Assembly: GCA_032718475.1 (NCBI GenBank)
Contig: JAUCBJ010005115.1
Coordinates: 1-58,173, forward strand
Length of the DNA stretch: 58,173 nt
DNA from: Nemertoderma westbladi
Taxonomy: Eukaryota; Animalia; Xenacoelomorpha
Reading direction: 5' to 3'
In this document: piece by piece, positions 35,401 through 49,268 of the stretch
How positions within the stretch are numbered: position 1 is the stretch's first letter
How the letters are laid out: each line of letters opens with the position of its first letter
Notes under the pieces: model-generated
The model's database searches: none
Told to the model about the DNA's origin: nothing
What the model saw: the letters and a program-made list of their open reading frames with translations, nothing else
Translations under genes and position numbers: made by a program

Positions 35401-38400
35401 ACTAAAACATAGAGCACTCGATTTAATACTGTACAGTAGCATAGACGCTACGGACACGGGCAAAACTAAAACATAGAGCACTCGATTTAATACTGTACAG
35501 TAGCATAGACGATACGGACACGGGCAAAACTAAAACATAGAGCACTCGATTTAATACTGTACAGTAGCATAGACGCTACGGACACGGGCAAAACTAAAAC
35601 ATAGAGCACTCGATTTAATACTGTACAGTAGCATAGACGCTACGGACACGGGCAAAACTAAAACATAGAGCACTCGATTTAATACTGTACAGTAGCATAG
35701 ACGATACGGACACGGGCAAAACTAAAACATAGAGCACTCGATTTAATACTGTACAGTAGCATAGACGTTACGGACACGGGCAAAACTAAAACATAGAGCA
35801 CTCGATTTAATACTGTACAGTAGCATAGACGATACGGACACGGGCAAAACTAAAACATAGAGCACTCGATTTAATACTGTACAGTAGCATAGACGATACG
35901 GACACGGGCAAAACTAAAACATAGAGCACTCGATTTAATACTGTACAGTACAGTAGCATAGACGCTACGGACACGGGCAAAACTAAAACATAGAGCACTC
36001 GATTTAATACTGTACAGTAGCATAGACGCTACGGACACGGGCAAAACTAAAACATAGAGCACTCGATTTAATACTGTACAGTAGCATAGACGATACGGAC
36101 ACGGGCAAAACTAAAACATAGAGCACTCGATTTAATACTGTACAGTAGCATAGACGTTACGGACACGGGCAAAACTAAAACATAGAGCACTCGATTTAAT
36201 ACTGTGCAGTAGCATAGACGTTACGGACACGGGCAAAACTAAAACATAGAGCACTCGATTTAATACTGTACAGTAGCATAGACGATACGGACACGGGCAA
36301 AACTAAAACATAGAGCACTCGATTTAATACTGTACAGTAGCATAGACGTTACGGACACGGGCAAAACTAAAACATAGAGCACTCGATTTAATACTGTACA
36401 GTAGCATAGACGTTACGGACACGGGCAAAACTAAAACATAGAGCACTCGATTTAATACTGTACAGTAGCATAGACGATACGGACACGGGCAAAACTAAAA
36501 CATAGAGCACTCGATTTAATACTGTACAGTAGCATAGACGTTACGGACACGGGCAAAACTAAAACATAGAGCACTCGATTTAATACTGTACAGTAGCATA
36601 GACGATACGGACACGGGCAAAACTAAAACATAGAGCACTCGATTTAATACTGTACAGTACAGTAGCATAGACGCTACGGACACGGGCAAAACTAAAACAT
36701 AGAGCACTCGATTTAATACTGTACAGTAGCATAGACGATACGGACACGGGCAAAACTAAAACATAGAGCACTCGATTTAATACTGTACAGTAGCATAGAC
36801 GATACGGACACGGGCAAAACTAAAACATAGAGCACTCGATTTAATACTGTCAGTACAGTAGCATAGACGCTACGGACACGGGCAAAACTAAAACATAGAG
36901 CACTCGATTTAATACTGTACAGTAGCATAGACGCTACGGACACGGGCAAAACTAAAACATAGAGCACTCGATTTAATACTGTACAGTAGCATAGACGATA
37001 CGGACACGGGCAAAACTAAAACATAGAGCACTCGATTTAATACTGTACAGTAGCATAGACGTTACGGACACGGGCAAAACTAAAACATAGAGCACTCGAT
37101 TTAATACTGTACAGTAGCATAGACGTTACGGACACGGGCAAAACTAAAACATAGAGCACTCGATTTAATACTGTACAGTAGCATAGACGATACGGACACG
37201 GGCAAAACTAAAACATAGAGCACTCGATTTAATACTGTACAGTAGCATAGACGTTACGGACACGGGCAAAACTAAAACATAGAGCACTCGATTTAATACT
37301 GTACAGTAGCATAGACGTTACGGACACGGGCAAAACTAAAACATAGAGCACTCGATTTAATACTGTACAGTAGCATAGACGATACGGACACGGGCAAAAC
37401 TAAAACATAGAGCACTCGATTTAATACTGTACAGTAGCATAGACGTTACGGACACGGGCAAAACTAAAACATAGAGCACTCGATTTAATACTGTACAGTA
37501 GCATAGACGATACGGACACGGGCAAAACTAAAACATAGAGCACTCGATTTAATACTGTACAGTAGCATAGACGATACGGACACGGGCAAAACTAAAACAT
37601 AGAGCACTCGATTTAATACTGTACAGTAGCATAGACGATACGGACACGGGCAAAACTAAAACATAGAGCACTCGATTTAATACTGTACAGTAGCATAGAC
37701 GTTACGGACACGGGCAAAACTAAAACATAGAGCACTCGATTTAATACTGTACAGTAGCATAGACGCTACGGACACGGGCAAAACTAAAACATAGAGCACT
37801 CGATTTAATACTGTACAGTAGCATAGACGCTACGGACACGGGCAAAACTAAAACATAGAGCACTCGATTTAATACTGTACAGTAGCATAGACGTTACGGA
37901 CACGGGCAAAACTAAAACATAGAGCACTCGATTTAATACTGTACAGTAGCATAGACGTTACGGACACGGGCAAAACTAAAACATAGAGCACTCGATTTAA
38001 TACTGTACAGTAGCATAGACGCTACGGACACGGGCAAAACTAAAACATAGAGCACTCGATTTAATACTGTACAGTAGCATAGACGCTACGGACACGGGCA
38101 AAACTAAAACATAGAGCACTCGATTTAATACTGTACAGTAGCATAGACGATACGGACACGGGCAAAACTAAAACATAGAGCACTCGATTTAATACTGTAC
38201 AGTAGCATAGACGTTACGGACACGGGCAAAACTAAAACATAGAGCACTCGATTTAATACTGTACAGTAGCATAGACGATACGGACACGGGCAAAACTAAA
38301 ACATAGAGCACTCGATTTAATACTGTACAGTAGCATAGACGATACGGACACGGGCAAAACTAAAACATAGAGCACTCGATTTAATACTGTACAGTAGCAT

Positions 38401-40309
38401 AGACGATACGGACACGGGCAAAACTAAAACATAGAGCACTCGATTTAATACTGTACAGTAGCATAGACGATACGGACACGGGCAAAACTAAAACATAGAG
38501 CACTCGATTTAATACTGTACAGTAGCATAGACGATACGGACACGGGCAAAACTAAAACATAGAGCACTCGATTTAATACTGTACAGTAGCATAGACGATA
38601 CGGACACGGGCAAAACTAAAACATAGAGCACTCGATTTAATACTGTACAGTAGCATAGACGATACGGACACGGGCAAAACTAAAACATAGAGCACTCGAT
38701 TTAATACTGTACAGTAGCATAGACGCTACGGACACGGGCAAAACTAAAACATAGAGCACTCGATTTAATACTGTACAGTAGCATAGACGTTACGGACACG
38801 GGCAAAACTAAAACATAGAGCACTCGATTTAATACTGTACAGTAGCATAGACGATACGGACACGGGCAAAACTAAAACATAGAGCACTCGATTTAATACT
38901 GTACAGTAGCATAGACGTTACGGACACGGGCAAAACTAAAACATAGAGCACTCGATTTAATACTGTACAGTAGCATAGACGATACGGACACGGGCAAAAC
39001 TAAAACATAGAGCACTCGATTTAATACTGTACAGTACAGTAGCATAGACGCTACGGACACGGGCAAAACTAAAACATAGAGCACTCGATTTAATACTGTA
39101 CAGTAGCATAGACGATACGGACACGGGCAAAACTAAAACATAGAGCACTCGATTTAATACTGTACAGTAGCATAGACGCTACGGACACGGGCAAAACTAA
39201 AACATAGAGCACTCGATTTAATACTGTACAGTAGCATAGACGCTACGGACACGGGCAAAACTAAAACATAGAGCACTCGATTTAATACTGTACAGTAGCA
39301 TAGACGCTACGGACACGGGCAAAACTAAAACATAGAGCACTCGATTTAATACTGTACAGTAGCATAGACGCTACGGACACGGGCAAAACTAAAACATAGA
39401 GCACTCGATTTAATACTGTACAGTAGCATAGACGATACGGACACGGGCAAAACTAAAACATAGAGCACTCGATTTAATACTGTACAGTAGCATAGACGCT
39501 ACGGACACGGGCAAAACTAAAACATAGAGCACTCGATTTAATACTGTACAGTAGCATAGACGCTACGGACACGGGCAAAACTAAAACATAGAGCACTCGA
39601 TTTAATACTGTACAGTAGCATAGACGATACGGACACGGGCAAAACTAAAACATAGAGCACTCGATTTAATACTGTACAGTAGCATAGACGTTACGGACAC
39701 GGGCAAAACTAAAACATAGAGCACTCGATTTAATACTGTACAGTAGCATAGACGTTACGGACACGGGCAAAACTAAAACATAGAGCACTCGATTTAATAC
39801 TGTACAGTAGCATAGACGATACGGACACGGGCAAAACTAAAACATAGAGCACTCGATTTAATACTGTACAGTAGCATAGACGATACGGACACGGGCAAAA
39901 CTAAAACATAGAGCACTCGATTTAATACTGTACAGTAGCATAGACGCTACGGACACGGGCAAAACTAAAACATAGAGCACTCGATTTAATACTGTACAGT
40001 AGCATAGACGTTACGGACACGGGCAAAACTAAAACATAGAGCACTCGATTTAATACTGTACAGTAGCATAGACGATACGGACACGGGCAAAACTAAAACA
40101 TAGAGCACTCGATTTAATACTGTACAGTAGCATAGACGTTACGGACACGGGCAAAACTAAAACATAGAGCACTCGATTTAATACTGTACAGTAGCATAGA
40201 CGTTACGGACACGGGCAAAACTAAAACATAGAGCACTCGATTTAATACTGTACAGTAGCATAGACGTTACGGACACGGGCAAAACTAAAACATAGAGCAC
40301 TCGATTTAA
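29455..40309. repeat. 64-bp satellite, about 168 copies (10.85 kb)
   Basis: Unit TACTGTACAGTAGCATAGACG[C/T/A]TACGGACACGGGCAAAACTAAAACATAGAGCACTCGATTTAA, with 69-bp (+TACAG) variants and no unique spacers. Confidence 0.98.
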
Positions 40310-40319
40310 GTCTTTCCAC

Positions 40320-40920
40320 GATTATAAATTCGATTACAGGTAAGGTTTGTAGGATCGAAACTTACATTATTGTCGAGGTATTATCAATTGTTCGTTGGAT
40401 TGTGATTTATATAAAAACATGTTAACATTTTGACAATATCTCATTCATGGTTGGAATACCTATGTTAAGCAGGAATACGATAAATCTAGACAAGCATTTC
40501 TTAGCTGGAGAACCGCCGGATCACCTCGGCGAGGATTCTTACATGATATTTTTTATGGGTGCAAGGGCTAATTATAAACGAGTATTGCGCGCCTGTAAAA
40601 AAGCAAGAACAAAAACCAAGAAGGATCAATAAAAAAAAAGGATCAATTGGCCGAATTTCTGATCATTTACTGGGAATGGAGCAATGGAGGGTGAACATAA
40701 TAAATTTAGGTCGCAAGTTCACAAATGCCGCAATGCCTGTTCCTAACGTTGTTGAGGGAGATTTCTGGTCCCGAAAAATGCAAAAAAAATAGTAAAATGT
40801 GGAAAACCCATATTGAAAATATATTTAATTTAATAATGATACAGATCAAGAGTCTGTTTTGAGAACTTTTTCAAATTTTGATTTTAGTGATTTTAATTTT
40901 GTTACTGTAGAATAATTATT
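40320..40920 (+). mobile_element. Degenerate LINE ORF2 fragment (APE-RT linker)
   Basis: GWNTYVKQEYDKSRQAFLSWRTAGSPRRG...ARANYKRVLRACKK...VPNVVEG...MWKTHIENIFN across frames. Confidence 0.65.
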
Positions 40921-41369
40921 TGTTGCTATTAATAATAATATTCTTATACGTTGTTTAGTTACGAATATTTATTTATAACTTACAGTATTGTACTCCAATT
41001 TACTATAAGGCCCTTTGGCCACCTCGTAATTATTCATTACGTGCAATTAAGTAGCGTACAACAATGCGGTGCGAATATTATTTAAAATACCTCGACTGAC
41101 TAACGATGAGCCTGCGAGTAGGTCGTTGACTTTCGGCCAGCTTAATCCGCCTACTGTATGTTCCTACATATTCGCCACTCGTCGCTGGAAAGTCTGGTTA
41201 AGAGATTGTCTAATTCCGACAACATTTTATTGATTTTTTAATTATTGTTTTGAGTGTTTGTGCTCTTAGTTACTTATAATTATGGGGATGTTATTTATCT
41301 GAAATAAAACTTAATACTAAATATAATAATATACTGTACCTCCCATTTCTTTGATTTTAATCCGTTTAA

Positions 41370-41850
41370 GGGGTGGCGGGGGGGGGGGGGGGGGGGGGGG
41401 TTAGCACCCCCAATTTAATCTCACATTTTTGTGTCTCTGGACCATAACATTGGGTGAAAATTATTTTTTGTGATACTAAACATCGTTTGGACTGTGTGAG
41501 AATAGCCAAACCAAATATTTTTAAAATTGGCCCCATCATGGCCAAAAGTGCCTTTTTGCGCCAAGGGCTATTTCTCCACCAATATTTGTTGAAAAGTGTC
41601 GAAATTTGGAATATAGGTTCAGAAGAATCCTGCATCCAATTGTTCTGAACAAATTTTGCCTCAAATGCTCTGGAGCCTTCTTAGAACAAAAAGGCCCCAA
41701 AAAGGGCATTTTTTGGGCCTTTTTGAAAAAGGCTCCAGGACATTTACAACCAAATTTGTTAAGAACAAGTATGGGGAAGGGTAATCTTAACAAGTGTACC
41801 AAATTTCAACTCATTTCAGTTAAAATTGGCGGAGAAATAGCCTTTTTCAG
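41370..41850. mobile_element. Probable non-autonomous DNA element with a G23 tract and a large internal imperfect palindrome
   Basis: Starts TTAA-GGGG. Arms at about 41560-41700 and 41710-41850 are inverted (GGCTATTTCTCC.CCAAT / ATTGGCGGAGAAATAGCC; AACAAATTT / AAATTTGTT; TGGAGCCTT / AAGGCTCCA). Right terminus not found. Confidence 0.5.
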
Positions 41851-42322
41851 AGAAAAAACGTCATTCTGAAATATGGGTGTTTAAAGTTTAAGGAACAATT
41901 CAAACCTTCCCGCTATTTTAGATAATACAAATTTTCTATGTTCAAAAATAACTTTGTAAAAAATGAATGAAATCCAACGAAATTGCCATGCTTGCTAAAC
42001 ATATAACTAGTAAAACAACTTTTTAGCAATTTTATTCAATCTGTACCGTGAGAGCCTTTTTTATGTAAAGGGCCCGTACAATTGTAAAATATAGTGCTGC
42101 TCGAAGGCTTTTCAAAAATCAGACTAGCTCTTACGTTTTGGGTAATAACTTGAGTTTGAGTAAAGATATGAGAAAACTGCTTGCAGAATTTAAATCTCCA
42201 TTAAATTCGGCATATGATAGAATAAAAAAAACGTTTTTGTCAATTTCCAAAATAGGTGCAAAATAATAATAGCTACTGCAGTAGGCCCTACTTATAAATA
42301 ATATAATGGTGTATGTAAATAA

Positions 42323-42480
42323 TTAAATCACTCATGAAATATTTAAATCACTCATGAAATATTTAAATCACTCATGAAATATTTAAATCACTCATGAAAT
42401 ATTTAAAAGATGTTCAATTATTATTGCGGAAATAAAAATTTATTGCGGCAATAAATAATTATTGCGGCGATAAATAATTA
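42323..42480. repeat. Two short tandem repeats of about 20 bp (AAATCACTCATGAAATATTT x4; ATTATTGCGG..ATAAATA x3)
   Basis: Seen directly. Confidence 0.85.
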
Positions 42481-42497
42481 TGTAATATAATTATAAA

Positions 42498-45400
42498 GTA
42501 ATAATATGTCCATGTCTGTAACATGTCCATGCCTGTATAAAAAATATACCTATGTATGAATAAAATGACCAGACAATGTCCAGTCCATGTCTGTAATAAT
42601 ATGTCCATGTCTGTAATAATATGTACATGTCTGTAATAATATGTACATGTCTGTAATATGTCCATTGCTGTAATAATATGTACATGTCTGTAATAATATG
42701 TCCATGTCTGTAATAATATGTCCATGTCTGTAATAATATGTACATGTCTGTAATAATATGTACATGTCTGTAATAATATGTACATGTCTGTAATATGTCC
42801 ATGGCTGTAATAATATGTACATGTCTTTAATAATATGTCCATGTCTGTAATAATATGTACATGTCTGTAATAATATGTCCATGTCTGTAACATGTCCATG
42901 CCTGTATAAAAAATACACCTATGTATGAATAAAATGACCAGACAATGTCCAGTCCATGTCTGTAATAATATGTCCATGTCTGTAATAATATGTACATGTC
43001 TGTAATAATATGTACATGTCTGTAATATGTCCATGGCTGTAATAATATGTACATGTCTGTAATAATATGTCCATGGCTGTAATAATATGTACATGTCTGT
43101 AATAATATGTCCATGTCTGTAATAATATGTACATGTCTGTAATATGTCCATGGCTGTATAAAAAATATACCTATGTATGAATAAAATGACCAGACAATGT
43201 CCAGTCCATGTCTGTAATAATATGTCCATGTCTGTAATAATATGTACATGTCTGTAATAATATGTACATGTCTGTAATATGTCCATGGCTGTAATAATAT
43301 GTACATGTCTGTAATAATATGTCCATGGCTGTAATAATATGTACATGTCTGTAATAATATGTCCATGTCTGTAATAATATGTACATGTCTGTAATATGTC
43401 CATGGCTGTAATAATATGTACATGTCTTTAATAATATGTCCATGTCTGTAATAATATGTACATGTCTGTAATAATATGTACATGTCTGTAATAATATGTA
43501 CATGTCTGTAATATGTCCATGTATGTAATAATATGTCCATGACTGTAATAATATGTACATGTCTGTAATACTATGTCCATGTCTGTAATAATATGTCAAT
43601 GTCTGTAATAATATGTACATGTCTGTAATATGTCCATGGCTGTAATAATATGTACATGTCTGTAATAATATGTCCATGGCTGTAATAATATGTACATGTC
43701 TGTAATAATATGTCCATGTCTGTAATAATATGTACATGTCTGTAATAATATGTCCATGTCTGTAATAATATGTACATGTCTGTAATAATATGTCCATGTC
43801 TGTAATATGTCCATGGCTGTAATAATATGTACATGTCTGTAATAATATGTCCATGTCTGTAATAATATGTACATGTCTGTAATAATATGTCCATGTCTGT
43901 AATAATATGTACATGTCTGTAATAATATGTCCATGTCTGTAATAATATGTACGTGTCTGTAATATGTCCATGGCTGTAATAATATGTACATGTCTGTAAT
44001 AATATGTCCATGGCTGTAATAATATGTACATGTCTGTAATAATATGTCCATGTCTGTAATAATATGTACATGTTTGTAATATGTCCATGGCTGTAATAAT
44101 ATGTACATGTCTGTAATAATATGTCCATGTCTGTAATAATATGTACATGTCTGTAATATGTCCATGGCTGTAATAATATGTACATGTCTGTAATAATATG
44201 TACATGTCTGTAATATGTCCATGGCTGTAATAATATGTACATGTCTGTAATAATATGTCCATGTCTGTAATAATATGTACATGTCTGTAATAATATGTAC
44301 ATGTCTGTAATATGTCCATGGCTGTAATAATATGTACATGTCTGTAATAATATGTCCATGTCTGTAATAATATGTACATGTCTTTAATAATATGTCCATG
44401 TCTGTAATAATATGTACATGTTTGTAATATGTCCATGGCTGTAATAATATGTACATGTCTGTAATAATATGTCCATGTCTGTAATAATATGTACATGTCT
44501 GTAATATGTCCATGGCTGTAATAATATGTACATGTCTGTAATAATATGTCCATGTCTGTAATAATATGTACATGTCTGTAATAATATGTCCATGTCTGTA
44601 ATAATATGTACATGTCTGTAATATGTCCATGGCTGTAATAATATGTACATGTCTGTAATATGTCCATGGCTGTAATAATATGTACATGTCTGTAATAATA
44701 TGTACATGTCTGTAATATGTCCATGGCTGTAATAATATGTACATGTCTGTAATAATATGTACATGTCTGTAATATGTCCATGGCTGTAATAATATGTACA
44801 TGTCTGTAATATGTCCATGGCTGTAATAATATGTACATGTCTGTAATAATATGTACATGTCTGTAATATGTCCATGGCTGTAATAATATGTACATGTCTG
44901 TAATAATATGTCCATGTCTGTAATAATATGTACATGTCTTTAATAATATGTCCATGTCTGTAATAATATGTACATGTCTGTAATATGTCCATGGCTGTAA
45001 TAATATGTACATGTCTTTAATAATATGTCCATGTCTGTAATAATATGTACATGTCTGTAATAATATGTCCATGTCTGTAATAATATGTACATGTCTGTAA
45101 TATGTCCATGGCTGTAATAATATGTACATGTCTGTAATAATATGTCCATGTCTGTAATAATATGTACATGTCTGTAATAATATGTACATGTCTGTAATAA
45201 TATGTACATGTCTGTAATAATATGTACATGTCTGTAATAATATGTCCATGTCTGTAATAATATGTACATGTCTGTAATAATATGTCCATGTCTGTAATAA
45301 TATGTACATGTCTGTAATAATATGTACATGTCTGTAATAATATGTCCATGTATGTAATAATATGTCCATGTCTGTAATAATATGTACATGTCTGTAATAA

Positions 45401-47537
45401 TATGTCCATGTCTGTAATAATATGTCCATGTCTGTAATAATATGTCAATGTCTGTAATAATATGTACATGTCTGTAATATGTCCATGGCTGTAATAATAT
45501 GTACATGTCTGTAATAATATGTCCATGGCTGTAATAATATGTACATGTCTGTAATAATATGTCCATGTCTGTAATAATATGTACATGTCTTTAATAATAT
45601 GTCCATGTCTGTAATAATATGTACATGTCTGTAATAATATGTACATGTCTGTAATAATATGTCCATGTCTGTAATAATATGTCAATGTGTGTTATAATAT
45701 GTCCATGGCTGTAATAATATGTACATGTCTGTAATAATATGTCCATGTCTGTAATAATATGTACATGTCTGTAATAATATGTCCATGTCTGTAATAATAT
45801 GTACATGTCTTTAATAATATGTACATGTCTGTAATAATATGTACATGTCTGTAAAAATGTCCATGTCTGTAATAATATGCCCATGTCTGTAATAATATGC
45901 CCATGTCTGTAATAATATGTACATGTCTGTAATATGTCCATGGCTGTAATAATATGTACATGTCTGTAAAAATGTCCATGTCTGTAATAATATGCCCATG
46001 TCTGTAATAATATGCCCATGTCTGTAATAATATGTACATGTCTGTAATATGTCCATGGCTGTAATAATATGTACATGTCTGTAATAATATGTCCATGGCT
46101 GTAATAATATGTACATGTCTGTAATAATATGTCCATGTCTGTAATAATATGTACATGTCTGTAATAATATGTCCATGTCTGTAATAATATGTACATGTCT
46201 TTAATAATATGTCCATGTCTGTAATAATATGTACATGTCTGTAATAATATGTACATGTCTGTAATAATATGTCCATGTCTGTAATAATATGTCAATGTCT
46301 GTAATAATATGTACATGTCTGTAATAATATGTCCATGTCTGTAATAATATGTACATGTCTGTAATAATATGTACATGTCTGTAATATGTCCATGGCTGTA
46401 ATAATATGTACATGTCTGTAATAATATGTCCATGGCTGTAATAATATGTACATGTCTGTAATAATATGTCCATGTCTGTAATAATATGTACATGTCTGTA
46501 ATATGTCCATGGCTGTAATAATATGTACATGTCTGTAAAAATGTCCATGTCTGTAATAATATGCCCATGTCTGTAATAATATGCCCATGTCTGTAATAAT
46601 ATGTACATGTCTGTAATATGTCCATGGCTGTAATAATATGTACATGTCTGTAATAATATGTCCATGTCTGTAATAATATGTACATGTCTGTAATAATATG
46701 TCCATGTCTGTAATAATATGTACATGTCTGTAATAATATGTACATGTCTGTAATATGTCCATGGCTGTAATAATATGTACATGTCTGTAATAATATGTCC
46801 ATGGCTGTAATAATATGTACATGTCTGTAAAAATGTCCATGTCTGTAATAATATGCCCATGTCTGTAATAATATGCCCATGTCTGTAATAATATGTACAT
46901 GTCTGTAATATGTCCATGGCTGTAATAATATGTACATGTCTGTAAAAATGTCCATGTCTGTAATAATATGCCCATGTCTGTAATAATATGCCCATGTCTG
47001 TAATAATATGTACATGTCTGTAATATGTCCATGGCTGTAATAATATGTACATGTCTGTAATAATATGTCCATGGCTGTAATAATATGTACATGTCTGTAA
47101 TAATATGTCCATGTCTGTAATAATATGTACATGTCTGTAATAATATGTCCATGTCTGTAATAATATGTACATGTCTTTAATAATATGTACATGTCTGTAA
47201 TAATATGTACATGTCTGTAATAATATGTACATGTCTGTAATAATATGTACATGTCTGTAATAATATGTCCATGTCTGTAATAATATGTACATGTCTGTAA
47301 TAATATGTCCATGTCTGTAATAATATGTACATGTCTTTAATAATATGTCCATGTCTGTAATAATATGTCCATGTCTGTAATAATATGTACATGTCTGTAA
47401 TAATATGTACATGTCTGTAATAATATGTACATGTCTTTAATAATATGTCCATGTCTGTAATAATATGTCCATGTCTGTAATAATATGTCCATGGCTGTAA
47501 TAATATGTCCATGTCTGTAATAATATATCAATGTCTG
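42498..47537. repeat. 20-bp minisatellite (GTAATAATATGT[A/C]CATGTCT) with 17-bp variants, about 5 kb
   Basis: Roughly 250 units. Three copies of an interrupting sequence of about 50 bp lie near 42536, 42905 and 43157. Confidence 0.97.
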
Positions 47538-48942
47538 AAATTTGACATTAGTTCCGCTGGTTTTCGTAATATGGAAACATTGAAGATTACGTTAAGATAC
47601 GTTCTTGAAATTGTGTTAATTAATTATTGACTTAATTTAGGCCCTAATCAAGTTATTTGGTTGGGGCGGTGTGATGCAGTCAATATTGCAAATTACACAA
47701 TTATCGTTAATTAATGAGTACACAATGTTTATTTTCGCTAAAATATAAATACATAATTATTTACCAATTAAATATATATTTAGACGTCAATTAATAGGGC
47801 AATACAAGTTATAAAGCTACGATAAAATTAAATTAATAAATATATTATATCCAACATGATTAGTACATAATGTAGGCCTACAATGTACAGGAGGACAACA
47901 AGGTAAAACATTCATCAAGATTGCGTTTTATAATTGTAAATTCAAATAATTTAGCGCTATTTAGTGATGCGCTATTGGTCATTATAAGCCCTTACCGGTT
48001 ATTATAGTTATAAGTTAAGAAGCACAAATAGCAATGCGTTATAAATTGTTGGCTTATTATTGTTTAACAGACTTTCAATCTCGTACGCGGTGAGATATTG
48101 AATCGTACAAGCTGATTGTCCCTAACATTTCAAACATCCGTAATAATTTTATTTAAAAAAAATTGTTTAACAACGAAATACGACTCAACATACTGAAGCA
48201 TTTTAGAATGAGACCGACATTGTAGATTTAAAGACTTATTGATAGACTATTTAATTATAACCGGTAGCAAACATTCGACCACACGTGGCTCATTTCGATG
48301 TAACATTTAATAATTATAATAAGAAACTACAATGCATAATAATTAACGATTGATAAAAAACACGCGGTATCCCTACAATTGTAATCGAACTATATGGGAA
48401 ACAGGGAAATAAACAAACTTTATTACCGACATGCGAAATTGGAGGAATGTTGTCGTTTAAAAAGTACAAAAATTTTGGGAAATATTAGGAAGGTTCGAGT
48501 TGGAAAATAACACTAGTTCGCGATTGGCCAGTTGTTCTGTTAGACAGTCGGTGTATGCTAGCAACCCTGGGAGTTTCTATGGGAACTAGGTAGCGTCGTC
48601 ATTGGTAACAAAGATTCCCAAGCCGCCAAACACTGTAACAAATAAAAATAGCTTCAAAGAGAAAACAGATATTAAAGTTAATGTTATTCGATAAAAAATA
48701 TCAATAATATCCCAGCTACGTATTTTTATATAGTAAATAACGAATGACTCATAGATAACATCACATAAATACAAACTCAGTTAGGTACAGTTCGTAGGTA
48801 ATAGAATCCATTGATTAATCGATAGTTGGTAAGTTGGGGACTAAATTGGACTTAGTGGAAGGCTGAGCTGGGGTCGGATGTAGTTGGCTCTAGAGGAGTA
48901 GTATCTCGTTGAGGTCTGCCTTGGCTGGTAGGGTACCAAGCA

Positions 48943-49040
48943 CATTGGTCCCCTACTCTTCTTAATATTTATAAACGACCTAATTGATATCACGGTTAAC
49001 CCCACTAGACTTTTTGCCGACGACACCTCGTTGTACATGA
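48943..49040 (+). mobile_element. Small CR1/L2-type RT fragment
   Basis: IGPLLFLIFINDLIDITVNPTRLFADDTSLY. Confidence 0.75.
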
Positions 49041-49268
49041 TATGTAGGTACTTGTGTGCTTGTTTGGGCGATTGTTTTGTTTTATGCATCATATTAAAAT
49101 TAGCATAATTTAAAATAATTTAGTACTTTTCTTGATAAGTGCATATGGTTAGTGCGTTAAAATAAGCACCATATGGTCACGGTCACGATCAGTGAAAAAA
49201 GACTAGGCCTATATGGTCAGTAAGATAGAGAATATAGGCCTAACTACTGTACATGTGGAAATTGGAAA

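Noticed and set aside
29455-40309. CRISPR array, or the repeated MLYVLVLPVSVASMLL ORFs
   Set aside because: Head-to-tail units with no unique spacers, no cas genes and a eukaryotic context. The ORFs are by-products of 64/69-bp frame cycling.
27578-40920. One LINE split by the 64-bp satellite
   Set aside because: The RT fragment lies upstream of the APE-RT linker fragment on the same strand, the reverse of ORF2 order.
42459-47531. Long minus-strand ORFs of up to 752 aa
   Set aside because: The 20-bp unit lacks stops on that strand, and the same peptide appears in all three frames.
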